In this document: in pieces, positions 19,752 through 36,162 of the stretch | How the letters are laid out: every line of letters starts with the position of its first letter | Numbering within the stretch: position 1 is the first letter of the stretch | NCBI GenBank assembly: GCA_035509435.1 | Contig: DATJLR010000007.1 | Location: 1,555-65,554, forward strand | Origin: Minisyncoccota bacterium | GTDB taxonomy: Bacteria > Patescibacteriota > Minisyncoccia > UBA6257 > 2-01-FULL-56-20 | DNA: 64,000 nucleotides | Reading direction: 5' to 3' | Position numbers and translations under genes: made by a program | The notes under the pieces: generated by a model | Seen by the model: the letters and a program-made list of their open reading frames with translations, nothing else | Told to the model about the DNA's origin: nothing | Databases searched by the model: none

Positions 19752-20288
19752 ATGGTCACCATAATTTTTGAACCTCACAGTACCACGTTCGACAACGAAG
19801 CTCATGTTGCATCGGGGCATAATGATGTTGCATTATCCCCGCTCGGGGAACAGCAATCAAAAGAAATGGGCGAGCGATATAAAGACGTGAAGTTCGATGC
19901 GATCTTTTGCTCAGATCTCCAACGCGCATACCGAAGCGCGGAGCTTGCGTTTGGAAGTAAATTTCCCATCATTCGTGGCGCGCGCCTGCGCGAATGCGAC
20001 TACGGTGACCATACAAAAATGCCGAGCGCCGAAGTCGAGAAAGAAAAGCCCCAGCGCATCACCGTCCCCTTTCCGAATGGCGAGAGCTATATGCAGGCGA
20101 CCGCGAGGATGAAGGCGTTTCTTGCTGACCTGCTAAAAAACCACGGTGGAGAAACCGTTATGGTCATAGGACACCGGGCAACCCAATATGCGCTTGAGAA
20201 TCTCATCAATAAGATCCCGCTTGAGACGATCGTTCCGGCGCCATGGAAGTGGCAGCCCGGCTGGCGTTACGAATTAACAGGAATTTAA
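19752..20288 (+). CDS. Histidine phosphatase family protein (phosphoglycerate mutase-like)
   Basis: 178 aa; SGHNDVALSPLGEQQ ... FDAIFCSDLQRAYRSAELAF. Confidence 0.7.
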   Translation: MVTIIFEPHSTTFDNEAHVASGHNDVALSPLGEQQSKEMGERYKDVKFDAIFCSDLQRAYRSAELAFGSKFPIIRGARLRECDYGDHTKMPSAEVEKEKPQRITVPFPNGESYMQATARMKAFLADLLKNHGGETVMVIGHRATQYALENLINKIPLETIVPAPWKWQPGWRYELTGI

Positions 20289-20319
20289 TCGGCGATGTGT
20301 TACGGTTCGCTGGTCAATG

Positions 20320-20394
20320 GGGCTGGTGGTGAAATGGTATCACAGCCTTCTTGCCAGATGGCAGTTCGGGGTTCGATTCTCCGCCAGTCCACCA
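20320..20394 (+). tRNA. tRNA-like gene, Gly(GCC)-like anticodon loop, encoded 3' CCA, irregular anticodon stem
   Basis: Acceptor GGGCTGG/CCAGTCC (one G-U), D arm GTGA-AATGGTA-TCAC, T arm CGGGG-TTCGATT-CTCCG, discriminator A then CCA. The anticodon region GCCTTCTTGCCAGATGGC has loop TTGCCAG (anticodon GCC), but the stem pairs only as G-C, C-G, C-G, TxT, T-A with an 8-nt loop. Confidence 0.55.
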
Positions 20395-20477
20395 TTGATA
20401 CCGAATTGACATCCATAAATACGCGCGTATCATGGATAATGATCTGGCAAGAAGGCGCGGTGCCTTTCACCGTGCAG

Positions 20478-20517
20478 AAAATAAAAAAGGCCCACTGCGG
20501 GCCTTTTTTATTTTCCG
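20478..20517. terminator. Bidirectional intrinsic terminator (ggccc-actgc-gggcc flanked by A6/T6)
   Basis: aaaataaaaaaggcccactgcgggccttttttatttt lies 13 nt past the rpsF stop (minus) and downstream of the tRNA-like gene (plus). Confidence 0.8.
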
Positions 20518-20527
20518 AAACTTTTTA

Positions 20528-20971
20528 CTACTGCAGGATTTCTTCGATCTTTTTTTCCAGGGCTTCGTTGCTGAGCGGGCGCGGCGCGGGCGGCTTTGGC
20601 GCCTCCGGAGCCGGCGTGTACGCGGCAGCGCGCGGGCGACGCTCTTCACGCGGCGGCATGGGCGACGCCGCAGTGCGCTCCACCGGGGCCGGCGACGCGA
20701 TCACCATAAAGCGGAGCACGTCGCCGCGGGTGTTCAAGTCGTGCTCAAGCGCCTTCACGTCATCGCCAAACATCTTGAAGGTGAAATAAACGAACACCGC
20801 ATCGGTATGCTTCTTGATCTCGTACGAAAGCTGGAGCCGTTTGGCGCGGGGTTCCGAAATGCCCTCGCCGTTGTGCTGGCCGACGAGCGTCGTCACGCCC
20901 GAAACATCCTCCTCGTTCTTCAAAAGCAAAGCGAGCTCGTATTCCTTCTTATCTTTTTCCTCGTTGGTCAT
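20528..20971 (-). CDS. rpsF: Ribosomal protein S6 with Pro/Ala-rich C-terminal extension
   Basis: YELALLLK...GEGISEPRAKRLQLSYEIKKHTDAVFVYFTF...VLRFMVI matches the S6 fold pattern. Confidence 0.75.
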   Translation of the reverse strand: MTNEEKDKKEYELALLLKNEEDVSGVTTLVGQHNGEGISEPRAKRLQLSYEIKKHTDAVFVYFTFKMFGDDVKALEHDLNTRGDVLRFMVIASPAPVERTAASPMPPREERRPRAAAYTPAPEAPKPPAPRPLSNEALEKKIEEILQ

Positions 20972-21036
20972 AGTTCCAGATTGTAGCCGAACCGGCTCTA
21001 AAAGTCCAGCCGGTCCCGGCTACCAGTTTCTCGTTA

Positions 21037-27774
<6,738 letters not shown>

Positions 27775-27986
27775 GGTGTTTTAAAAATAGTTAACGTGTT
27801 CAAGCGATGCCATCAAAACGCAAACGCGCGAAACCCAAAAAAATAGTGGCTTCGCGGCGGATCCTTGAATACGTCGATGAAATAAAATGTGGTGGTCATT
27901 TTTGTTCGGCCTTTATATTACTACACCTGCCAGAGTCCCCAACACGCAAAAAACGGCTCCGCCCTTCCTTTATTTCGAGGGATCCG

Positions 27987-28988
27987 TTATTGGTTGCTTT
28001 CTAGGTATTTAACTCTATTTTGGTTCTGTTCGTCAAGGGTCTTGGCGAATATGGTTTTTCCCGTCGCGGGGTCGGTCAAATAATATAGATAGGGAGAGCT
28101 TTGAGGGTGCAGCGCGGCGGTAATGGCGGAAGTGCCTGGATTTCCGATGGGCCCCGGGGGCAGACCCTTGTACAAGTAGGTATTGTAAGGCGAATCTATT
28201 TTGAAGTCAAGGGCCGTGAGGGTGCAGGCCTGGCTGCCGGGAGACGGGGGGCTGGAAGACTGGGAAACTAGTAGTTTCGCATAGCAAACGGTCGCGTCTA
28301 TATCGAGAGGCATGCCCAAGCTCAGGCGCTTCTCAATGATGCCAGCTACCAATTCCTGGTCTGCCAGGTTGGGCACTTCTTTTTGTACGATGGAAGCAAT
28401 GATAAGGGTGCGCAGGGCGGCAGTGGGATCGGCGGGGAGCAGCGGTGCCGCCTTCGCGTTGAAATTGTCCGTCATTTCGCCTACCACCGCCGCCACGTTT
28501 TCGTCCGTATAGAACTGGTAGGTGTCGGGAAAAAGATGGCCTTCGAGGGCCAGTGACCCGGTCGCATCCACGAGCGTGCCGGGACGGATCACGAGCGCGT
28601 CGCTCAATATCCGGTCGATGCCAAATATCGTCGTCCCCTCCGGGATCGTGACCGTGACCTTTGCGGCATTCCCGCCGGAGATCGCCGCGACGATGGCGGG
28701 CGTGTCCATGGACGGACTCAATCGGTATAGTCCCGGCTGGAGCGTGAAGGCGCGTCCATCCACCAGGGAAAAAAGATCGAATGCGAGCGGCGAACGGATG
28801 AGGCGTGCTTCATAAAGATTTTCCGCGACCATCCGGAATCCGTCGCCGGTGTTCACCTGAAAGACGACCGTCGTCCCGCTCGCCGTGGCATTAGCGGGAC
28901 CAAGGCCGAAAAAGAACGAGCCGGCCGCGAGGACGACGGCCATGAGAACCGCCGCTCCGATAATGTTCTTCTTGATAAAGAGCTTCAT
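27987..28988 (-). CDS. mltG: Endolytic murein transglycosylase MltG/YceG
   Basis: TM anchor, YceG-like domain, GLPPGPIGNPG...PYLYYL. Confidence 0.8.
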   Translation of the reverse strand: MKLFIKKNIIGAAVLMAVVLAAGSFFFGLGPANATASGTTVVFQVNTGDGFRMVAENLYEARLIRSPLAFDLFSLVDGRAFTLQPGLYRLSPSMDTPAIVAAISGGNAAKVTVTIPEGTTIFGIDRILSDALVIRPGTLVDATGSLALEGHLFPDTYQFYTDENVAAVVGEMTDNFNAKAAPLLPADPTAALRTLIIASIVQKEVPNLADQELVAGIIEKRLSLGMPLDIDATVCYAKLLVSQSSSPPSPGSQACTLTALDFKIDSPYNTYLYKGLPPGPIGNPGTSAITAALHPQSSPYLYYLTDPATGKTIFAKTLDEQNQNRVKYLESNQ

Positions 28989-28991
28989 TTT

Positions 28992-30038
28992 TTAGGAACG
29001 CTTGCGGATGGAATTGACCAGGGAAAGCGTGAAGAAGTTTGCCATCATGCTCGATCCGCCGTAGCTAAGGAACGGGAACGTGACGCCGATGACCGGCGTA
29101 AGACCCGTCGCGGAACCGGCATTCAGAAGGAACTGGACGCCGAGCATCATCGCCGCGCCGATGCAGACGAACTTCTCGAAATTCTCGTCGGCAAGGAGGC
29201 CGATCCTCAATATCTGGAACACGAGGAACATGAACGCGCCGACCACGACGATCCCGCCGATGATCCCCCACTCCTCAATGAGCGCCGCAAAAATGAAGTC
29301 CTCTGACGGCTCGGAAAGGAACCCGAGCTGGGTCTCGGTCCCCTGCCCGTATCCCTGCCCCCAGAGGCCCGCCGAGCCGATCGCGATCTTTGACTGTATC
29401 GCGCTGTAGTTGATGCCGAGCGCGTTCGCGTTCGGATCGAGGAACCCGATGATCCGCGCGCGGTGGTACGGCTTGAGCACATAGATCCATATGAAGCCGC
29501 CGGCGAGCGCGAGCGCGATGACCGCCACCGCCACGCGGCGCCACGGCAATCCGAGCAGGAGCAAAAAACCGAACCAGATGGCAAAGAAGATCACTGCGGA
29601 TCCCAGGTCCGGATATTTCACCGCGATCGCCGCCGGGACGACAAAAAATAGGAATGATGTAAAAATATTCTTCCATCGCGCGATCGCAAGATGCCGCTTA
29701 CTGAAATAGCTCGCGTACACGAGAATGAGCGCCACCTTCATGAGTTCCACCGGCTGGATGCTCACCGGTCCGAGCACTATCCAGCTGTGCGTGTTGCGGA
29801 CGAGCGGCGACGCGATGAGCGCAAACACCATGAGCGCGAGCGCGAGCGCGTATATTCCCCATATCACCCATTGCGCGCTGAATACCGCGCGGATGTCCAC
29901 AAAGAACGATACGGCAACGAGGCCGATGCCGAGGATGATCCATATCGCCTGAAACGCAAAAAAATGGAACGATATCGCGGAGAGAACGATCAGGCTCGCC
30001 GCAAGAAGTATCCCGACAGGAATGAATAATGCCACCAT
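28992..30038 (-). CDS. SEDS family peptidoglycan glycosyltransferase (FtsW/RodA)
   Basis: Polytopic protein; GSAGLWGQGYGQGTETQ ... SYGGSSMMANFFTLSLV. Confidence 0.85.
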   Translation of the reverse strand: MVALFIPVGILLAASLIVLSAISFHFFAFQAIWIILGIGLVAVSFFVDIRAVFSAQWVIWGIYALALALMVFALIASPLVRNTHSWIVLGPVSIQPVELMKVALILVYASYFSKRHLAIARWKNIFTSFLFFVVPAAIAVKYPDLGSAVIFFAIWFGFLLLLGLPWRRVAVAVIALALAGGFIWIYVLKPYHRARIIGFLDPNANALGINYSAIQSKIAIGSAGLWGQGYGQGTETQLGFLSEPSEDFIFAALIEEWGIIGGIVVVGAFMFLVFQILRIGLLADENFEKFVCIGAAMMLGVQFLLNAGSATGLTPVIGVTFPFLSYGGSSMMANFFTLSLVNSIRKRS

Positions 30039-30090
30039 CGTGATATAGGATAAACGAAACCCCGGCGTTCCGCCAGCGCCGCGGCCCCTG

Positions 30091-30888
30091 CTAACGGATC
30101 GCGTAGATGAGCGTTTGGTTCAGCGCAGGATTTACCTCCGGCTCATTCGGATAGATCACCGAAAAATCGTTCGTGCTGCCCGCAGCGACGTTCTCCAGCT
30201 CCGTCTGCGAGACACCTACCGGCGTTCCTCCGGGCGTCGTAAAAATGACCATGACGAACACCTGTTCGTATGACGCAACGCTCGTATTGACGATCTGGCC
30301 TCCCACGGAAACCGTCGTAGAGGCGGAGGCCGATTGTATGTTCTGTAAGGCGAACTCGCCGGGCCCGATCCCCGGGATCGCGCCAAGCGTTGAACTTGCG
30401 ATCCACGACACATCCGTCACGGAAAGCACCGCGTGATCGAACGGCTGGCCGACCGACTGGTTCAACACCGCAAGATAGCGCGTTTGGGACGGATAGACGA
30501 ACGCCCGTGCCGGAATCGATTGCAGTACCGTGCCGGAGGCGTTCTCAAGATCGATGGAATAGTCCAGTGCTTGCGCGGCATAGTTGGCATTTTCGTCGGT
30601 CACCTGCGCAAGAAAAGTGTATTGCCCCGGGCTCGTGACGAACGTCGCGACCGCGCCCGGCACGATCGGCGCGGTGCTCGTCGGGGCGCACGTGCTCGGC
30701 GCGCAGGCAATGGCAGGCGCGCCCGTGAACGGCCTTATAAATACCGTATAGACGGCGGCGCAAAAGAGAATGATAAGAACAATATAGAGCGTCCCGTAAA
30801 TGAGCTGCTTCGCGCGACGGGTGGACATGCATCCATTATAGATGATAATGAATGGGCGTGTACATCCTCCTTCTTTCCATTCTGCCAT
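30091..30888 (-). CDS. Hypothetical membrane-anchored extracytoplasmic protein
   Basis: Probable start MSTRRAKQLIYGTLYIVLIILF (TM helix); no recognised domain. Confidence 0.4.
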   Translation of the reverse strand: MAEWKEGGCTRPFIIIYNGCMSTRRAKQLIYGTLYIVLIILFCAAVYTVFIRPFTGAPAIACAPSTCAPTSTAPIVPGAVATFVTSPGQYTFLAQVTDENANYAAQALDYSIDLENASGTVLQSIPARAFVYPSQTRYLAVLNQSVGQPFDHAVLSVTDVSWIASSTLGAIPGIGPGEFALQNIQSASASTTVSVGGQIVNTSVASYEQVFVMVIFTTPGGTPVGVSQTELENVAAGSTNDFSVIYPNEPEVNPALNQTLIYAIR

Positions 30889-31403
30889 TTCTCGCCGTCG
30901 CGTTATTTGCCGTATTCACCGTCTGGCTCTTTGTTTCCGCGCGGAGCGCGCGCAAAAGCGGCGCGCCGTATTTCCCCACACCCACGCGCGCCATCCGCGC
31001 CGCGCTCCGCGCGGCGGAGCTCAGGCCCGGCGAGTCCTTCTATGACCTCGGCGCGGGCACCGGCAGGGCGCTCCTCATAGCCGAGCATGAATTCGGCGCC
31101 CGCGCCACCGGCTTTGAGATCTCCCCTTTGTTTGCCGCGATCGCACTGGCCGATCTTTTTCTTCACCGGTCGCGGGCAACGATAAAAATGGCCGATTTTT
31201 TCAAGGAAGATATCGGCGGCGCGGATGTTATTTTCTGTTTCCTTGCCATCCGCACCATGGCCAGGATGGAGGAGCAGATCGGGCGCCAGGCAAAGGCCGG
31301 CGCGCGGATCATCGTCTATGCATTTCCATTGCCAGGCATGAAACCGACGCAGGTCATCCCCGTCCGCGGGCAGTGGAAGATGTATCTCTACCGCCTCGCT
31401 TGA
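30852..31403 (+). CDS. Small class I SAM-dependent methyltransferase with N-terminal TM helix
   Basis: Motif I FYDLGAGTGRALLIA, post-I acidic residue, motif II DVIFCF. Confidence 0.6.
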   Translation: MGVYILLLSILPFLAVALFAVFTVWLFVSARSARKSGAPYFPTPTRAIRAALRAAELRPGESFYDLGAGTGRALLIAEHEFGARATGFEISPLFAAIALADLFLHRSRATIKMADFFKEDIGGADVIFCFLAIRTMARMEEQIGRQAKAGARIIVYAFPLPGMKPTQVIPVRGQWKMYLYRLA

Positions 31404-31439
31404 CGGTCGCCGCTTTTATGGTATATATTCTGCGAAGAG

Positions 31440-31865
31440 GTGCGTATGTTTGAAGATCTTTTGTCCCCCGCAAATGTCATTGGTCGCGGTGACGACCTGC
31501 CGAGCATCGCAGACCGCATCAGGATCGCGCTTACCATCGGTGGTGGCAGTGCCGCACGACAGTTTGCCTACCAGCAACGGATCCCCCATCCGGACCGCTC
31601 GTTGTGGGTGGTAGGAATAGGTCCGTTTGAAAAATGCGTCCCATTTTCTCCGCCTGTCGGCGTCATGGAATTCGCCCGCAAGCTTCTCCGCTATTCCGAC
31701 GCCCAGCAGCGGGAAGACCGGGCGAGATATCCTTCGGTACCCGCTTCTTTCGCGGCGACAGCGACCAAGGGCTGGACCATCAGCCGCTCCCCCGCTATCA
31801 CCGACCAGATAGGCAATCCGCTGATCGCAGCGTATGCGTCATGGATCGATCCGAGAAGCGGCTAG
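31440..31865 (+). CDS. Hypothetical protein
   Basis: 141-aa ORF with typical codon bias; no motif recognised. Confidence 0.35.
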   Translation: MRMFEDLLSPANVIGRGDDLPSIADRIRIALTIGGGSAARQFAYQQRIPHPDRSLWVVGIGPFEKCVPFSPPVGVMEFARKLLRYSDAQQREDRARYPSVPASFAATATKGWTISRSPAITDQIGNPLIAAYASWIDPRSG

Positions 31866-31879
31866 AGAAACACAAAAAG

Positions 31880-31915
31880 GCGCCGCGCACATCCATGCGC
31901 AGCGCCTTCTTTTTT
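31880..31915. terminator. Bidirectional intrinsic terminator (rRNA operon end on minus, upstream gene on plus)
   Basis: aaaaaggcgccgcgcacatccatgcgcagcgccttcttttttt. Confidence 0.7.
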
Positions 31916-31942
31916 TATCTTTTTATAATTCCCTGAACGGCA

Positions 31943-32066
31943 CTTTGATGTCGGCACATCCTACTTTCCCCGCCCGAAGGCAAGTATCATGGGATTGGGA
32001 CGCTTTCACTTCTCTGTTCGGAATGGGAAGAGGTGGGACACGCCCGAATGAAGCACCGACATCAAA
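31943..32066 (-). rRNA. rrf: 5S rRNA
   Basis: Reverse complement contains CCCATTCCGAACAGAGAAGTGAAAG and paired ends tttgatgtcggtgc / gcaccgacatcaaa. Ends +/-5 nt. Confidence 0.85.
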
Positions 32067-32075
32067 AAGCCGTTC

Positions 32076-32153
32076 GTGCCGCTGCTCTTGCATTCTTTTT
32101 TGCACCACACAGCGGACGGGTGGTTCCAAAAAAGAATGCAAGAGCAGCGGCAC
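32076..32153. repeat. Perfect 26-bp hairpin in the 23S-5S spacer with 26-nt loop containing GGACGG (H1)
   Basis: gtgccgctgctcttgcattctttttt-[gcaccacacagcggacgggtggttcc]-aaaaaagaatgcaagagcagcggcac. Confidence 0.7.
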
Positions 32154-32324
32154 TCACTACTTTGTTGATCTCTGGTTGTAGATCAGAAATGATAATGCAA
32201 GTCAGCATTGGGATGGTTGGCGGGATCATTAGTACGTCTTGGCTAAAGCCGTTGCCAGCCTTACACCGAACGCCTATCAACGTCATAGTCTATGACGAGA
32301 TCACGCATACCTAATCTTGGGGTG

Positions 32325-32357
<33 letters not shown>

Positions 32358-32499
32358 CTTCCATACATAGCTACCCGGCAGTTCACCTGGTGGCAAAGCC
32401 GGTAGACCAGAGGTATGTTCAGCCCAGTCCTCTCGTACTAAGGCCAACTCCCCTCAAGTATTTCACGCCTGCAGCAGATAGAGACCGACCTGTCTCACG

Positions 32500-33268
32500 C
32501 AATTTCTTCTTCTATCGCCATTACTGGCGGGTTGGACTATACCACCATCTCCACTGAGATGATCGACGTGTTAGTCCGGCATGATTGCCGGACTCCAGCT
32601 CGTAATGAGCTAAGTCTCTAAGGGGTCAATGCATGATATTTCCGCTTTTTTGAATAATTCAGAAAGCGAAAACGTTCTACTAATTCTGCCAACGCTCGAA
32701 AATCATCTTTACTTTGAATTTTCGATTTAGCATCGAGGATTTGGACCATCAGATCGGCTTGCTCACCTTTCAGTATCAGGAACCCACGAACTTCGCCGAG
32801 AAACGATCTGATCGCCTCTTCGCGCGCGATGGTATATTCGATCATGCCATCATTGCGTTCGCGGATATATCCCAAGTTAATAAGCGAACAAATTTCTTCA
32901 AATTTGCGCTGATCTTTTTTGGATTGGAAAAGCACGATGCAAGGAGCTATTTGAAATCCATATCGATAAGTCGAGTTAGATTTCATCCTTACATAGATAC
33001 TCCCATCTCCATCCAGAAATCCTGCTATGTATGCTTTTTGCGTTGACGAAAGACTTTTCATACACGACTTCCCTCGGTATTATCCTACGATCTCACGTCT
33101 CATCAAACTAGTTTTTAATCTATTTTTAATAAGCGTTACGATACATCCCAGGTCAGGATGTTAGGACTTCACCGATATGAGTCGATTTTGCTATCTCGAT
33201 CGCTCGAGAAAGCCGCCGTTTTTGTTTTAACAGTTTTTGATGTACCTTCGATCGGGTTATCTTCGTTG
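32500..33268 (-). mobile_element. Group I intron at 23S position equivalent to E. coli U2593 (I-CreI site)
   Basis: 5' exon ends ...GGGTTCAGACCGT and 3' exon resumes CGTGAGACAGGTCGG. The intron begins CAACGAAG and ends ...AATTG (omega-G). It is ~770 nt and includes a LAGLIDADG ORF. Confidence 0.75.
32618..33061 (-). CDS. LAGLIDADG homing endonuclease (single-motif, I-CreI-like)
   Basis: 147 aa; IAGFLDGDGSIYV motif; encoded inside the 2593 intron. Confidence 0.85.
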   Translation of the reverse strand: MKSLSSTQKAYIAGFLDGDGSIYVRMKSNSTYRYGFQIAPCIVLFQSKKDQRKFEEICSLINLGYIRERNDGMIEYTIAREEAIRSFLGEVRGFLILKGEQADLMVQILDAKSKIQSKDDFRALAELVERFRFLNYSKKRKYHALTP

Positions 33269-34269
33269 ACGGTCTGAACCCAGCTCACGTGCCACTTTAA
33301 TTGGCGAACAGCCAAACGCTTGGGAGCTTCTACACCCCCGCGCTGTGGCGAGCCGACATCGAGGTGCCGAGCATTGTCGTCGCTAGGGACGCTCGGACAA
33401 TACTAGCCTGTTATCCCCGGAGTAGCTTTTATCCGGTGTCTCCGGCCTTTCTATTAAGAAGCCGTCGGGTCACTAACTTCTGCTTTCGCACCTGCTCGTC
33501 TTGTATGACTCGCAGTCAAGCCAGCTTTTGCGTTTGCACGTCCTGCCCGATTTCCATCCGGGCTAAGCTAACCTTAATAAACTCCTCCGTTACTCTTTTG
33601 GAGGAAAACGCCCCATTTAAACTGCCTACCAAGCACTGTCTTAGCGGAGTTTCCCCGAAGGGTTCTCCGCCAGTTAGACGTCAAAATTCTGAAAATGGCT
33701 GTTTCATTGTCGGATCCACGTCACCCGAAAGCGACGCTTCAAATCCTCGCCACTACACTACGTAACAGAACTCTGAAATCAATACCAAGCTGCAGTAAAG
33801 CTTCCGGGGTCTTTTCGTCCCGCTGCAGGTATCCCGCGTCTTCACGGGAATCGCATTTTCACCGAGCTCATCGTTGAGACAGTTCTCCGGTCGTTACACC
33901 TTTCGTGCGCTTCGGAACTTACCCGAAAAGGAATTGCGCTCAAACATGTTACAACACTTTTTGTTGGCCAAAACATTTCTGCTTGGCTCTCTGTGTCGCC
34001 ACAGAGTTCGGACTATATCTTATCGCCTTGCGGCGATCCTAACGTGTAGTCTCTGAGGATCCTTCAAAAGAAGTTTCCTGCTGATTTTCCGCATCGATCA
34101 AAGATTGTTACCTTGCGGTACTTTGATATGCGCGGGTGTTCCAGCATATAGTTAGGTTTTACTAAGGCAATGCAATCACCTTAGAACGATTCTTTTACGT
34201 TATCACCCGCTCGTTTTTTAATTTAAGCGGGATCCTCATGGTCGCCCATGAGATCGGACTATATCATCT

Positions 34270-34827
34270 CTAAAAACTTTTAGAGTCTGGCGTATAGTCT
34301 CTGAGGATTCCTTGATAGTCTATTTCTACGTCTATTACGTTGTATTTACGCCTTCTTCCTCTTCCCTCATTTAAATTTTCCCTGATAGCGATAATTTCTT
34401 GCAGTCCTTTTGGATCAAGGTGTTTGCCTTGCTCCATAAGAAATGCAATTTGTTTGAACAGGAGAAAATTTTTCTTTTTTGATGAAGAAAAGAAAGGAAA
34501 CTTTTCGAAAAACGGTATGACGCGATCAATGATCGAACGATAATCGCCGACGACGAAGTAATGCACTCCGTCTTCACGATTTTGCAATCGTCCGCAACCT
34601 AAATGACTTTTTAATAATTCCAAATTGGCGATATCGCGCTGGGCCACGTTAAAGGTCATTTGCACCTGCCATCCAAGGCGATGCCCATTCCCTTTTCGAA
34701 GAGAGACATTAAAACTTCCCTCTCCATCCGTAAAACCAGAAAGATACCAGCCAATGTTGTCTGGAATTTTCTCAAGCCATTCACGGTTATACCAAGGCCT
34801 TTCCTGCTGATTGTCTGCACCGATCAT
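34270..34827 (-). CDS. LAGLIDADG homing endonuclease (single-motif)
   Basis: 185 aa; LSGFTDGEGSFNVS motif. Confidence 0.85.
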   Translation of the reverse strand: MIGADNQQERPWYNREWLEKIPDNIGWYLSGFTDGEGSFNVSLRKGNGHRLGWQVQMTFNVAQRDIANLELLKSHLGCGRLQNREDGVHYFVVGDYRSIIDRVIPFFEKFPFFSSSKKKNFLLFKQIAFLMEQGKHLDPKGLQEIIAIRENLNEGRGRRRKYNVIDVEIDYQGILRDYTPDSKSF

Positions 34828-34991
34828 ATTGTCACGCTAGCACATCAACATTAAATCTTTATTAAAAAGATTTCATGATGAGCAACGTAATGTCGGATTC
34901 TCAGAGTTTCCAGCATTTGGCCAGATTTTATAACTACAATCGTTATGTCTATAGTTATCGCTGACATTGACGAGGGCTTGAATCAGTGAGC

Positions 34992-35080
34992 CTCCTGGTA
35001 ACTAATTGCTAGTAACTCGGTAACCTAGCAAGAAAAATCTTGCTAGTTACCAAGGTTTACTAGTAACCAGTGACCAGGAG
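34992..35080. repeat. Imperfect ~40-bp-stem hairpin built from GTTAC(C/T)AG / CTAGTAAC words at the 5' edge of the domain-IV insertion (replaces the helix-68-like hairpin)
   Basis: ctcctggtaactaattgctagtaactcggtaacctagcaag-aaaaatc-ttgctagttaccaaggtttactagtaaccagtgaccaggag. Confidence 0.7.
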
Positions 35081-35723
35081 ACCCCCAATCTTGACCTTCT
35101 CGCATCGGTCAGGTGTCACCCCCTATACATCCTGTTGCCAGTTAGCAGGGAGCTGTGTTTTTGGTAAACAGTCGCCAGAGATTCTTTAGCTGCGGCCCCG
35201 CCCGCATTGCTGCGGAAAGGGCAGGCCTTATTGCTAACTTACGGCCGCTATTTTGCCTAGTTCCTTAACGATGAATCACTCGTTCCCCTTGGGCTACTCG
35301 CCCTATACACCAGTGTCGGTTTCCGGTACGGAGACCACACGCTCGATTTGGCCAAATTTTTCTCGAACGGCTCTTCACAAACGTCGGCCAGGTAAATTCC
35401 TGACCTTCTCTCGGCGCGCGCTTGAACTCCGCGCAAAGAATGCCAAACCGATAAGGCACGCCTGCTTATATCCGTTGTCCTTTGGTTATGATCGTGCGGC
35501 CGGGCTGGAATATTAACCAGCTTCCCATCGACTGCCCCTTTCGGGATCGCCTTAGGACCGCCTAACCCGTGGTTGATTGCCAGTGCCACGGAAACCTTGT
35601 ATTTTCGGGGTTCCAATTTCTCATTGGGATTGTGGTTACTCATTCCAACATTTTCTCTTCCGGCCGCTCCAAACGCCCTCGCGGGTCGATCTTCACTGCA
35701 GGCCGAAATGCTCTCCTACCACT

Positions 35724-35762
35724 ACTGGTAACTGATTACTAGTTGCTAGTAAACCTAGTAGA
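35724..35762. repeat. IVS 3'-flank motif block, complementary to 36163..36204 (RNase III-type stem of the 23S IVS)
   Basis: ctggtaactgattactagttgctagtaaacctagtag; reverse complement of the 5'-flank block is ctggtaactgattactggtaactaggaactagtaacaag. Confidence 0.7.
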
Positions 35763-36113
35763 TTTTTCAATGCTTTTTGTAAGATTGGTCAATTCTTTGC
35801 CGACGATCGCGTATTGCTCGGAAAGGAATTTGTATTGTTCATCGGAAAGTAACTCCACTTTCCGCATGAATTCAAGATTGAACGCTATTTCATCCGCTGA
35901 TCCCAAGGAATCTTTCAGATGATTGATCGTGTCCTTCTTTGATTTCTTCCGTGCGAACCCTTCCGCGATGTTTGAGGGAATTGAACGTGAGGCCCGCCGT
36001 ATTTGATCGGCAAGCTCCAGTTTATATTCCTTCGGCAATGAAAGAGATATTTTATGAACCTTTATTGCAAGTTCGAACGATCTTTTGAACACATCAAGAT
36101 CTTTGTATATCAT
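35739..36113 (-). CDS. 23S rRNA intervening-sequence protein (four-helix-bundle, TIGR02436-like)
   Basis: 124 aa; FELAIKVHKISLSLPKEYKLELADQIRRASRSIPSNIAEGFARK. Sits at a helix-45-like position (~E. coli 1170-1200) flanked by complementary motif blocks. Confidence 0.8.
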   Translation of the reverse strand: MIYKDLDVFKRSFELAIKVHKISLSLPKEYKLELADQIRRASRSIPSNIAEGFARKKSKKDTINHLKDSLGSADEIAFNLEFMRKVELLSDEQYKFLSEQYAIVGKELTNLTKSIEKSTRFTSN

Positions 36114-36162
36114 CCTTCCATTGAACCATTTCTCGCATTAACTCTTTCTTAAATCTTTTCCT

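Larger units (their letters stand above)
33940..35085 (-). mobile_element. Intron-like insertion in 23S domain IV / H69 region (E. coli ~1915-1931, I-CeuI-type site) with LAGLIDADG ORF and internal direct repeats
   Basis: About 1.1 kb sits where E. coli has ~70 nt, between GGTCAAGATTGGGGGTCTCC and GAGCGCAATTCCTTTTCGGGTAAGTTCCGAAG. The canonical ACGGUCCUAAGGUAG segment is not seen at the junction, so exact boundaries are unresolved. Confidence 0.55.
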
